A DNA stretch of 58,191 nucleotides, counting the filler, from Streblomastix strix (taxonomy: Eukaryota): assembly GCA_008636045.1 (NCBI GenBank). It is 2 parts of 2 records of this genome, joined end to end, with 100 filler letters (N's around TTAATTAATTAA, not from the genome) between each part and the next. Parts side by side here need not be neighbours in the genome. Positions count along the whole stretch, not along the records: positions 29,157 to 58,191 come from SNRW01000110.1; 1 more part is not named here. The stretch is one strand, 5' to 3'. The notes beneath the pieces were generated by a model. It did no database searches. It was not told the origin of the DNA and worked only from the letters and a program-made list of their open reading frames with translations. A program made the position numbers and the translations under genes. Below, one piece after another: positions 42,467-56,014 of this stretch (position 1 is the first letter of the stretch; the number at the start of each line of letters is the position of its first letter).

Positions 42467-43650
42467 TCACCATAGCCCTATATAACATCCTTTGGCTGAA
42501 ACTAAAAATGGTCCACCTCCAGCAAACAGTCGCCCAGCAGAATTTAGAGAAAGAGTATATACTGAATTTGGTATCTATGCATATGTGCTATCATTATTCA
42601 ACATTATCGTATTCAAAAAGTCAATGGCAGAATAAGAAGGGCCCAACGAATCATTAGATATTATCATTTACACATTTTCATCTCTTAATTCTTCCCTCTA
42701 TATATCATCTGTAATTTACTCCGAATTACGTTGGAGAATGATATTATTATATTCTTCCCGTGCATTTCTAAATGAAACATCAAAGATTTGAGGTTGAGAT
42801 GTAGAATCATTCACTTATTATTCTTCATTCATACGTCTTTTCTTATATAATGGCTATTTCTACTTCTTATTCTTATTTTTCTTTATTTTATTTTAGTTTC
42901 TCTTTCTTTTCACAGCTTATATTACAATATGATCATTATCATCATCTGATTCACAATCATTAATACAATTTGAATCAGAACTGTTGGATTCTTAAATATT
43001 AAGTCTGTATTACTTTAAATCATCTTCTTCATCTTCATCTTCTTCTTCTTCATAATCTTCATCATCATCTTCATACTCATCATCACTATATTTATATACT
43101 TATTCATCTCTGTATTTCATTTATTAAAACCATCTCTTCCAAGATTATATTGAACCATCCATCTTTTATTACTATTTTAATTTAAACTTTTAATTTTCTC
43201 TTACTTTTTCTAATATATCTCTCTCTATAATAATTCCACTCACTCTTCTTTGTTGTTATTATTCATATTTAAGATTCCATCCAAATTTACTATTACAACT
43301 TCCTCCAATATGATAATGACCTCCAAATTCCCAAGGATCATCTTATAATTAATCATATTGCCATCCATTTCCAATAAAGAAAGAATATTTATTACTATCT
43401 TTAATTTAATCTTATTGTCCATCTTAATCTTCTTTATTTTCATCATTCGCCATTGTTAATGTTTCATCTTCTTATTCAATTTATGAATTAAATTAATTCA
43501 CTCTTTCTCCTTATCTTACTCCCATTTAATCTTTATTAGTACCTTCTGGAACTCTAATAATTTTCCTCATTCTTTCATCAACTACAATTAATCTACCATC
43601 TCCTAAACCAAGTATTAATTAAGGACCACTACTAACTGCTGATCTAATTC
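42467..43650 (-). CDS. DCAF12: DCAF12/WDR40-like WD40 protein, last exon (5' part not in window)
   Basis: GIRSAVSSGPQLILGLGDGRLIVVDERMRK, FIGNGW and terminal PNSVYTLSLNSAGRLFAGGGPFLVSAKGCYIGLW* match DCAF12 motifs as I recall them (GIRSVS...GTGQGSLLFYD; PNAVYTH...LFVAGGPL...GNYAGLWS). AG acceptor at 43652-43651. Confidence 0.75.
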
Positions 43651-43855
43651 CTAATGAATGAATATAGAATAACCCATGAATAGAATGAAATTATCATCTT
43701 TAATGAATATCAATTCTTTATCTCAAATCAACTTTTATTCTCTCATAGATATCTTTGAGTCCACTCTAGAATCTATTTAAGTGATATGTACGATTCTCCT
43801 ATGATATGAAAATGATGTGAATGCATATTGGTGTACTCGATTAATGTGAAATGAA

Positions 43856-44881
43856 TTTAATTCATAAATTGAATAAGAAGATGAAACATTAACAATGGCG
43901 AATGATGAAAATAAAGAAGATTAAGATGGACAATAAGATTAAATTAAAGATAGTAATAAATATTCTTTCTTTATTGGAAATGGATGGCAATATGATTAAT
44001 TATAAGATGATCCTTGGGAATTTGGAGGTCATTATCATATTGGAGGAAGTTGTAATAGTAAATTTGGATGGAATCTTAAATATGAATAATAACAACAAAG
44101 AAGAGTGAGTGGAATTATTATAGAGAGAGATATATTAGAAAAAGTAAGAGAAAATTAAAAGTTTAAATTAAAATAGTAATAAAAGATGGATGGTTCAATA
44201 TAATCTTGGAAGAGATGGTTTTAATAAATGAAATACAGAGATGAATAAGTATATAAATATAGTGATGATGAGTATGAAGATGATGATGAAGATTATGAAG
44301 AAGAAGAAGATGAAGATGAAGAAGATGATTTAAAGTAATACAGACTTAATATTTAAGAATCCAACAGTTCTGATTCAAATTGTATTAATGATTGTGAATC
44401 AGATGATGATAATGATCATATTGTAATATAAGCTGTGAAAAGAAAGAGAAACTAAAATAAAATAAAGAAAAATAAGAATAAGAAGTAGAAATAGCCATTA
44501 TATAAGAAAAGACGTATGAATGAAGAATAATAAGTGAATGATTCTACATCTCAACCTCAAATCTTTGATGTTTCATTTAGAAATGCACGGGAAGAATATA
44601 ATAATATCATTCTCCAACGTAATTCGGAGTAAATTACAGATGATATATAGAGGGAAGAATTAAGAGATGAAAATGTGTAAATGATAATATCTAATGATTC
44701 GTTGGGCCCTTCTTATTCTGCCATTGACTTTTTGAATACGATAATGTTGAATAATGATAGCACATATGCATAGATACCAAATTCAGTATATACTCTTTCT
44801 CTAAATTCTGCTGGGCGACTGTTTGCTGGAGGTGGACCATTTTTAGTTTCAGCCAAAGGATGTTATATAGGGCTATGGTGA
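43856..44881 (+). pseudogene. Truncated mirror copy of the DCAF12-like last exon
   Basis: Starts at the fold-back junction and lacks the GIRS...DER segment, which lies only in the loop. Confidence 0.7.
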
Positions 44882-45019
44882 TTATTTAGAGCATTTCACA
44901 CATCAACATTTCACAATATATTTGGATTGATTGAATAATACACTTCATGTCGCCAAATAATACCAGATTTTGAGTTTCCAGTTTGTTGGTTATTTTTGCG
45001 TAAAGGGGAAATAGTAATT

Positions 45020-45645
45020 ATGTCTGCGCAGAAGGAGGACTTGACCGGCCTCGTGGTAGGTGTCGCGGGGTACTTGCAGTCTATCTGCAAGAAAGCTGTT
45101 GACAAGCGCTGTGCAGAGCAAGAAGGTGTGCATGAACGGGGATTATTTGTTTTATTTTAACTTTTCTTTTCGTATTAGAGTTCAAACACGAACCGACAAA
45201 TATAGATTTGCGTAAATGGGTAGAACGAATTTATTCTGTATCACGGATGAGTTGGAGTGGAATTGTGCAAGCCTGTATGCTTCTTGAAAAAATTCGCAAG
45301 CGATTCCCAGCATTGGAGTTTTCAGAGGTGAACATTAGGCGATTATTCTTGATTGCGGCGATGATTACAAGCAAAGTGAGTGAAGATGTGACATATCGAA
45401 ACAGAGACTGGGTCATAATCGGAGAAGAAAAATTCTCGCTACAAGAAGTCAACGAGATGGAAAGAGAAATGTTGTTTCTTGTTGATTATAGTTGCAACTT
45501 CAGTCGTGAGCAATTTGAGCACTTTGTACGAGCTATGGAGCGGCGGTACGGGCTTGCAGGCCCATGTGCGCCAGTAATTTTCGCTGGTTAGCGTGATGGT
45601 GTCGAGGACCAGCGAACTTTATTTATTGAATTCTATGGGGACTGA
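45020..45645 (+). CDS. PHO80-type cyclin, mirror copy
   Basis: Reverse complement of 41703-42328. Confidence 0.85.
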
Positions 45646-46518
45646 GTACGAGCATGATATGTCAAATAATCCACTTCACAAATGAGTTGCATAATGTGTG
45701 CGAACTTCTTCTGACTTAAACTTTATTTTTCTTTCTTTTTTTGATTATTTCTTATTGCAGGGTTTCTGGAATTGATAATAGTTGATATTTCATATATTTT
45801 TCAAATTCACTTCATACTTATACTTTAACTATCGACTTTACTTCATCATTCCACTCCAATGTTTCCTTATAACGGAAATGAGTAATCCTATTTCAGTTTT
45901 AGTAATTTATCACTATTCTATTGCTTTCCTACCAGTTAATAGTTTTTTGAAATTTGCAGTAACCTCTGCATTTTTTATGCTTCATACACATTCTGGGATA
46001 ATAAATTTAAGTGAACCTTATTTGCTTTTGATATTTTTATTTATGATAATTGATATACGACCTGGGGAATTTGCAGTTTAAATAAATTATTTATGATATT
46101 AAAAAATGACAAATGGACATGGGAGACAATTGGAAAAGAACAGAAGACGAAGTCAAATCCCTTACTTTTAAAACATACCATCACAACTCGTCGAATAACA
46201 GTTTGGTTGTATAGTCCAATCTATATATTTATATATATTACCATCAAGTATAATTCGAGTAAATTAGAGCCAAACACCACCAAAGAAAAGCATGGCAAGA
46301 AAAATCGAACTAACGTCTATTTTTGCACTACCCACATATTTTTTGTAAATAATGAACCTAAATATGTATTTATCTAATCTTTTATCTTTATTATTTTTCT
46401 ATTTTGCTTATTATTCATTCTCTATTTTGCTTATTCTTTATTTTGCTTATTCTTTATTTTGCTTTTTCTTTATTTTCCATTTTCTTATTCTTCTTTTGTT
46501 AATTATACATTATTTAGT

Positions 46519-48528
46519 ATGTCAAAGAAAGGATCAGGCACCTAAGTACCACTTCCAAGTATGCAACAAAGTTAAGGAGGGATGGATACTTGGACAAAGC
46601 TCTTAGAAGTTGAAGCTGCCCTATTTGTTTTCAGTGTTGAGAGCGGATCCTTTGAGAACGTGGAATAAGATGCACTTCTTGGTCTATATGCAGTTGGAGC
46701 GTTACCAGATCCAAAGAGCAAGAAGAAATAACCTTAGAGCTATGAATATAACCTTGTAGTTCGTAACAAAAATGGCGAACTTCTACTTCTACAAAAGATC
46801 AACAGTGACATGCATCTCTATTTTGTATAGACTCATTCTTCTATTGTATGGGTTACTCCTCTTGATGGAGCAGCATTGACAATGAGTGCAACTGTCAAAG
46901 GTCTTCCAGGTGGATAAGGAGGAGAACCAGCTTTCAACTTACTCAGGAGAGAATTCACAATCAGACTTTGGGAAACTCAGAATAAATTACCTTTTTCTAG
47001 ATGTGAAGAAGCAGACTTCATTATCTAAACTCTGATGACATAATAGAATGTTGGAAAGGAGAAGGAAAAAGATGATGATGATGATTCTGACTTCGAAGGT
47101 CGTGATGAAGAATTAGAAAAAGCTAAATTGAATAAGAAAGAAATAAAACAATTATAGAAAAGATAATATAATCTCAGAAGGATATATGAAGAAGAGAAAG
47201 AAGAAGAGAAAGAGAAAGATGATGATGATGATGATGAAGAGGAAGAAGAAGAAGAAGAAAAGAAAGGAGGAATCCGTGTTTCATAAATTGGAGCAAGTTA
47301 AGCTCCTAAGAAGAAGTCTAAGAATGATCCAAATAAGTTACTAATTGTTGGATAACGTGTTCCAAGATCATTTGTGGTTAAGCAGTCGGGATAATTGGAT
47401 ATATTCAGTACAGCATCTGGAATGGATTAAGCAGAAGGAGCATATCGTAGAGGTGGAACAGGAGTTCTATCTGCTGTATCTACTGTTCCTGTAGTGAAGA
47501 CTCTTGATGATACTCCATTCACTCCATCTAAAGCTCTTCTTTATTAAGGGAATAGATAATTGCTTCTTCTGAACCCAGATAGAAGAAGTGTAGTCTCTTC
47601 ATTTGATGTTGAGAGAGGGAAGGTAGTTGAAGAATGGAAGACTAACAATGCAGATGCTCCAATTGATTCTCTAACACCAAGTAATAAAGGTGCTCCTCAA
47701 TTGGATGAATAGACTTTCTTGGGTATCAACAAGAATTAATACTTTGTGATGGATCCTCGTATAGCCAGTGCTGCTGGACGTGGTGGATCCGGCTCAAGAT
47801 CTACAGCTATCAATCCATGCATTGTAGATGGGAAAGGATAATAGTATGCTTCATCAACAAGAGCATTCCTTACTTCAGGAGCTACAACAAATGCTGGATA
47901 GTTGGCAATAGGATCAGCTAAAGGAGACATCAGACTGTTTGACAATTCACTTCAGAAAAGAGCTAAGACGCTCATTCCTGGATTTGGTGATCCCATTATA
48001 GGAATGGATGTTAGTCAGGATGGTCTTTGGATAGTTGCTACAACTCCAACATATCTTCTGGTTCTTAACACTGAACTTCCAACATCTTCTGAAGCCCAGA
48101 AGATAATTGGATTTGATAAATCCATTCCAAAAGATGGGAGAAAAGCTCCTGTTAAGCTTCAACTGGATTATAAGGATGTCATCAGGTTAGTTGGAATTGT
48201 CTCATTCACACCAGCTAAGTTCAATTATGACCCACAGACCTTAGAGAGGACTATTGTAACATCAACTGGACCATTCATCATCACTTGGAACTTCAGAAGT
48301 GTCAAACTGGGTAAGGTGAGCGAATACAGGATCAAACGTATGCTTTTTTATTTTATTTTTATTTTATATTTCTTATTATTATTAATTATTTAAATAGGTC
48401 TCACCGACACTGTGATTGACGGACACTTTGCAGGGCAAGGAAACGTATAGAGTGTTGTTGTTGCTATGGAGAATACAACAGCAATCGAAAACATTTCAGG
48501 GAAAGCCACTGAGAAGAAGGGTAAATGA
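46519..48528 (+). CDS. VID27: VID27-like, mirror copy
   Basis: Reverse complement of 38820-40829. Confidence 0.88.
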
Positions 48529-48723
48529 AGATTAAGCAATTCATAATTTATTCCAAGGTGATATGCATATTTTTTATCTCACATACACCAATAAATAATT
48601 TTCGGAGCAATACTCACAATTTCTCATCACACAACTCACCAGTAAACAATTCATTATATAAAGAACTAATAAACAATTCACATTGCATAACGTAAAATCC
48701 ATATTCCTTTTTATTTAAAGCAC

Positions 48724-51700
48724 ATGAGTTCTGGTAGAAATAAAGACAACAAAGATTAAAGTGAGGGCGATCCGTAGACACTGACAATTTCATAGATATT
48801 ATTAAAGCCAGAGCTGTATACCATCTTTTTTTAATTTTTCGATTTTTCATTCATCCTTCTTGTACATTTTATTCTTTATAAATTTAATTTACTATAAAAT
48901 GAAATTTATATAATTATTGTCTATAGAGCTACCAATTTGATTAATAAGAATGAGGATAATGATGGTTTTTTTTTGTTCTTTCCAATTCAGCTTTAAAATT
49001 GCTTATAATTTTTATTTTATATCCACAATTATAGATTATGATGTTTTACCCAAAGAAATTTGCGTTGAGTGTGAGTCAAAGCCATCTACGCTCTTCTGTT
49101 TTGAATGCAATGGTAATTATCTCCGCACTTGTTCTCTCGGCTATAAAATGCTAATTATACTTTAATTTATATTTTTTTGTTACTAATAGATACATATTGC
49201 AACGAATGTTTTATGATATTTCACAAAAAAGGTTTGATTACGTTAATTTTTTGTTATCTTCTAAATTTTCGAGGTTTGCTTTTTTTATGGTGGATTTATT
49301 TCTGTAGGGAATAGAAAATTGCATCGTACAAGTTATGTAAATGTGGATTTAAATGCCTAGCATCTAAATGCATCTGCAATGGTAAAAGAAACAGATAGAA
49401 AAGAAGAGAACGATGATAATCAATAATCCAAAGATGAGAATTAAAATCTTAATTTTTCCAACGTGCCAGCATTTTAAGAAGCTAAATCAATAAGTATTAA
49501 TACAGGAGTTGGAATTATATTAAATTCTGAAATTACTGAGGAAGAATAAGCAAGGAATATTAGAGCTAAAGGAATAACTTTAGAGCATTCATCAGAGGCA
49601 CCATGGAGTGAAAAAGCGAGATACATTCCTGTTCGACTTAATAGAGATGAATAAAAGATGAAAAGATTGATAGATTCTGAGCTAACAGTTTCTGAATACA
49701 CAACTCGGGTAGATGATCCTTCATTTGCAATTCATCTTACATCCCAAGGTAAAGAAAATAATGATTATAAAGGAAGTTCATATTCAAATCAATCATAAGG
49801 AAATGTTAAAGTTTCAACAACATCCGGTCCTCGAAGTGCAATACCTGCCAAGAGGATGTTTCGAATTGTTCAAGAATTATGTTCAATATTCACTGGATTG
49901 GCAGTTGCTACAAATTATGATGTTGGAGGATAGCTCTTAGTTGATAGAAATTTCAAATAATATAGTAAATTCTATTAGAAACAATTTGAAAGTATGTTTA
50001 AGATATAAAATTTTTTGCTCTTAAATTATTGCTTATTATTATTTAGTTGCCAGAAGATACAAAATCACCAATCCTGAGAAGATGAGAACATCGTATGGTA
50101 AGTTAATATATGCACTGATGGACACTCAAATACCTGAAATAAAAGAAATGATTGGATTTGACTGTGTTAAACCCATCAATACAGTTTATGATTATTTTAA
50201 GGAACATGGAATTGAAGCTATTCTGGACGAGCCTTAGATGGATGTTGCAACAAGGGAGATCTTTGCAGGACCTGACAAAGCAAGATATTTAGTTGATAAA
50301 GAGATCAAATCTAAAGAGAAAGCTGTAGAATATCTCTCAGTTAAATATTCATAAGATGGACGTGAATAACAGAGACTTGTATAAGAAAGAAGGAAAAGAA
50401 GCAGTTATAGTTATGGATATGGATATTATAATGCATCTAGTTTCTGGAATTCAAAGAGAGATGATGATTATGATGAAGATGATGATAAACATTCAAGTTA
50501 AGGATATGGGAATGTATAAACAAGTGCCAAATAAGAAGATGTCAAATGGATGATTTATTCACTTGCTGATAATTAATGCTTTCTAAGATATAATTCTCTT
50601 CCATGCCAAAAGATGCTTGAATATCTTATTTATTATTTTAAAGCTGAAATATAAAACGAAGGAAAAGATTAGAATGAAATTGCTTAATTATTCCAAGGGA
50701 AGAATCAGAAAGGACTAGAAAAACAATAATTGAATAATAATAATTCAAATAAAAACAGTTAAATGGACATAGATGATAATAATGATGAAAATGATAATGA
50801 AGACGATTAATAGAATAGTAAAGGCATAAAAGATAAAAGATATATTGGCATATCATCACCAAACTCACTCAAACCAAATTATTAATCCAATTCATCACTC
50901 AATAACTTATCTTCACCAAGTCCATTAACATAATCACACTTCATATCATAATAACCATAAATATAAGCAGCTCTTAGTAATACAAGAGAAGCAAGAAGCA
51001 CATTATCAATAACATATGGAGTTGGAGGAGCTAGATTAGCTCATACACACACACGTCAGTTCTCTTATGTTAAACAAACACTGATTCTTTGGAGAGAAAT
51101 CTTGCATGATTTCTTCAAATTGTGGTATTTAGCTGAATCTGATCTTCTTGATGAGGATAAAGCTTCACAAAAGACACAACAACAATAAATGCAATCTTCT
51201 CAGAGTTCAATATCATCTATTTCTTCTAATGCATCTCCAAGTGCAGCAATGTATAGATTGAGAGACACTGGAGGATAAGGAACAAATAGAATATAGAAAT
51301 GCCCAAGAACAGAAAGAGAGATGCAACAGATCCTTAGAAGAGTATAATAATCTCTCTTACCTGAAAGTTGGGTTGGATCTTCTGTTATCCATTTAGGTGA
51401 TTCTAATGTTCCTAATGCTTTAATGTTTATTGATAAATATACGCAAGTCTCTCGTATCCTACAACCTGTTGTATCTGTGTTGGATAAGATACCGACTATT
51501 GTAAAAGAAACACCCAGATTAAAAGTTTATATTGATACAGAATTTGGTGGAGTTGATTTACTCCGAATGGAAATATTGTAAGATTTCTTTAGATTTGGCT
51601 TCGATGGATCTGGAAGCGATAACTTCTTCGAAGCTGGTAGTTGCATTGATGGGAGACTCACATCTGCTTGGAATTGGTGCAACAAACTTGAGAAGAAAAG

Positions 51701-51758
51701 ATTTTTCCCAGTTTTCTTACTGTGTGGATTCATGGGATTTGATGGTTAGTTTTAATGA
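48724..51758 (+). CDS. B-box + UPF0652 protein, mirror copy
   Basis: Reverse complement of 35590-38624. Confidence 0.83.
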
Positions 51759-51854
51759 TGAGTGTAAATACGATAAATAAATATTCAGCGAGGCCTTATT
51801 TTTAAAAATGCATTATTTATTAATCAATATAATTAAACAAATAAAGAGTACCTT

Positions 51855-52619
51855 TCATATTTCAGTAGATTGTATAAGTGTGATTCCCTTTTCTGTCAAT
51901 TTCTTTTTGGCTTCTTCACTTGTATCTGGAGCTACACCACGTGTTGCATCAACGACCACATTAGTCTTGAAGCCAAGATCATGTGCATCTACTGCTGTTG
52001 CGAATACACAATAGTCCAATGCAATTCCTGTTACAAATACTTCACTGATTCCCTTATTCTGAAGATGTTCATGTAAAGTTGTTTTTGCTTTTTTGGCATT
52101 GTCAAAAAACGCTGAGTATGAGTCTAATTTAGGGTTCTATCCTTTTAATACAGTGAAATCATCCTTTTCTACACTTAAATCCTTATGCACATCAGACCCA
52201 TGACTATTCTAAACACAATGATCAGGCCATAAACGCTGTGGAGTTCCATCTTCAAGAACAATATCCTCAAAAAGTGCTTTTCCAGCGTGGCTCGAAGCAA
52301 AAGAGCAATGTCCCTTTGGGTGCCTTAAATAAAATAAGTATGTTTTTTATATTAAAATACTTATTTTAGATAATTCAATAATAATAGGTTGCAAACCAGT
52401 CTTTTGTAAAGACAACATCGTCAAACTTCACGCGCTTTCTCAGAGTGTTGATGACTGGTATTACTTCGTTACCATGTGCCACAGCTAGACTGCCACCTTC
52501 AAGAAAATCATCTGTAATAATATTAAATGTATTCAAGCAGTTTATTAATGAGGAAATATGCAGAGAGTTTGAAACAGACATTATACATCAACGATGATCA
52601 ATGCTTTCTTTGCGCACAT
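51855..52619 (-). CDS. PNC1: Nicotinamidase, mirror copy
   Basis: Reverse complement of 34729-35493. Confidence 0.92.
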
Positions 52620-53072
52620 TATTCAAGCGTATCTCTTACAATTATAATAAACAAAAAATATTAGAATAAAATAAAGATTATGTTTGTTCCAGATTGTATG
52701 AATGATTTGTCAAAAATTATTTGTGCATAGAAAATTGAGCTGTAATTGGAAAATAAGTGGCATATCTATGTCTAAAAACTTTGTGAATATAATAGTTATT
52801 TTAAAATAAATAATTGAAAAGCAATTTTAAACTTTAATTTACACAGAAAACTTAAATTACTAGACAATTTAAAAAACGAAAACGAAATAAGATATATGCT
52901 GGATTTTATTAAAATGAGTGGGTTAAATACAAAAAAGCTATATTTAAAATAGTTACATGTGTAGTGATGAGAGTGACTATGAAAATAACTTACAAATTAA
53001 TAATATTGCAGATAAATATTTTTTATCTGTTCTTCATTTCTTTATCTGCTCTTCATTTCTTTTATCTCCTAT

Positions 53073-55743
53073 TCATTCCCAACTATTTCCCCAACTGTAA
53101 GCATGCGATTCTCTGTGTGTTGCTGCTGGTGATGATAGATGATCAAATTTGAGAACTTTGAATTGTTCACCTTTATACAAAAGGAAAGCCTAATAATATA
53201 TTTACAAAATAAATAATAATTGAATATATAAAAGATTGATTTTAAACGAATAAAAATAATAAATGTGATTATTATTTATATATTATTCAATACATAGAAT
53301 CTGACAGCTGCAGGAATGTTTGTCAAATAATTTTTTTGCTCAACATCATTAATAAAGAATGTTAATGAGCGAGGATTAGTGTCCATATTTAACTAATACA
53401 AAAATATAGAAAAATAGAATAAATGAAAGTTAATATTTATTTGAAAATTTGTTATAAATCAAAATAATAAGTCAATTTCATTTTACTTCAATCATACTTC
53501 CATTGTTACACGACAGCCTGAATGGCCAAATTCATCGTTTCCTTATAAATAACTACTGATATGAGTCAATGAACCACTGAAAATTTAAATAAATAAAATA
53601 ATTATTTAAAAATTAAATATATTACTGAAGTTATAATAAATGAGAAAAATTATTATTATAAACATACTCATAGCGGAAGTAGATCCTCTTATGTTTACCT
53701 AAATAGAATATAAATAGATAGAATAAATAAACAAATAAACAATATTTTATATCATATTCAATAATATTTAAATATAGAATTATTTTAAACATTTTTATTT
53801 ATATTTATTTATCGTCAAGTTCTACTACCTCCTGATTCCGGATATTCATTCTAATCATATTAAACAGATTCATCAGCTATTCCTACAGCTGTGAAAATAA
53901 TAAAAATAATAAATATAAACAAATATTAAAGTAAATAAGGCTATACCTAATAAATCAGCAACATTAAGTATTTCCATTCTCACAATTCCACTTCTGATAA
54001 CTGGGTTAAATAATACTGTTGAATGATTGTCAGAAACATTGGTGTATAAGTTATCTTAAAAAGTTACATCATTTAGACCAGGAAGAATGGGAGAGAATAA
54101 TATAGGGCCTGTTTGAATTCAAGAGTATTGTATTGTATTGTAAATAGAAGAAAGTAAATAATATATATAAAATATAATTTAATAGTAATTATATTTTCTC
54201 TCTTTAAATTTTCTTGACTTAAAAAGAGATTTATTCATACTCAATGTCTAAAATACGCTTGCCATTTGTCTTCTTGAACGTTCAATAGAGAAGCTAGTTT
54301 CTGGTTGTTAAATGCCTTATTATCGTATTTGTGGTGTATCTGATATTTGCATCTGATTCAGTTATTCTCTCAGACGAATATTCTCTTATTCAACTTCATT
54401 TGTCCTCCTTTACTCAATTTCAATCTCTTATTCTTTCTCCTCTTACATGCGAAGATACATTTGAATGGTTTCTTGGTCCATTATTTGCTTTGTTGTTGGA
54501 CGCTTGCTGAAATCCTGAATAATTATGAAGTATGAGGAAAAGTTATGTTAAATTAAATAAAAATAAATTATAATTATTTGCTTCAATTAAATTTACAAAC
54601 CTAATCAAGCATAGAAAAAATAAGTTCTTTCAACTCCCTTGAAACAAAAGAAGGTTATTCTCTCATATGTCCTTTTATTATATTATCAACTATTCCTTAT
54701 TCGTATCCTGTATCAAATGGATGGCATCCTGTAAGTAATTCTTGTGTTATAATTCCAACAGAAAAAATATCTGAACTGAAATTTGTCCTTCTTAATAACC
54801 ATACTTCAGGAGCAATATAAACTCTGCATTAGTAAAATTAATGTGGAAAAATGAAGGAAAACTGAAGAATAAACCTTGTTCCGGCAATTGAAGTATAAGT
54901 TCTTTCAGTCAGTTCTTTGGCAAAACCAAAGTCTCCTAAAGAATAAAATAAGTAAACAAATATTATAACAAATTTTTAGAATTAAAAAATAATGAAAAAT
55001 AGAAGTATACCAAGTCTAACTGATCCATCTTCCATCACGAAGATATTTTCAGGTTTGATGTCTCTGAAATTGTAAATGTTTCAAATATTCAATGCGTTAA
55101 TATAAATAAAAGTATGAAATAATAATAATAATAAAATATACCGATGGATAACATTGTGAGAATGAAGATGGTCAAGTGCACGGATGATCTATGCAAGAAT
55201 AGCCCATACACGCTGTTTATAATAAATAATAATAAGTATGATATCATAGGTAAAAAAAGAATATACAACAAACCATAATTCTCTCTCTTTCGGGAATTTT
55301 CTATAGATTTGCAATCATTTTCCTTAAATCGCCTTATTTGCAAAGCTGCATTATAATACACATATCTTCTCTATCTAAGAATGTATGGATGAGTTTCACC
55401 TACAAAATTATAATATTAAAAATGTTAATAAAATAAAATATAATAATTAAACATAAAAATAAAGAAAAAGGAAGTTAAAACAAACAGTGAATCTTGATTT
55501 CAAACGTTTCATTTGCTCTATCTCCCTATTCACACTCTCCTTATCTTCCTCCTCTAAATAATTTTCTCTTTTCATAGCGAATTATTATTACGTAGATTTC
55601 AAAGTAACAAGATATGTGCTACCCTGAGATCCTCTTCCAAGCATTCTATTTATTTAAACTTCAAATAATTGAAATATTGATTTATAATTATATGTAAAAT
55701 TAAAACACATACAGTCCCCGTAGCGCAATTATGAAAAGTTCAT
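53073..55743 (-). CDS. NEK-like kinase with SPRY-like tail, mirror copy
   Basis: Reverse complement of 31605-34275. Confidence 0.83.
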
Positions 55744-56014
55744 CGCTAACCAAATCTGAGCTTAAGGTTAACAAAAATGTAATTATATTAGTATATATAA
55801 TGGTAATTTGATTAAATAAATTAATTAATCTCATAAATCAATACTTTAAACAAGTGTAGATGTGAAATATCGAAATAATAGGATTTAAAAATTTCAACAT
55901 CCGCGGATGTTCACTATATAACATATATAAACCATAAAATATAAATATTATATTATTATTTATTTTATTTTAATGTAATTTAACTCACTGAATAAAAACA
56001 TGATATTTTTGAGT

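Larger units (their letters stand above)
29157..43494 (+). repeat. Left arm of 14,338-bp inverted repeat
   Basis: Position x is the reverse complement of 87348-x. 29157 CAGAATGATTTG pairs with the window end. Every ORF in the track has an identical mirror ORF. The match ends at 43494/43854. Confidence 0.98.
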
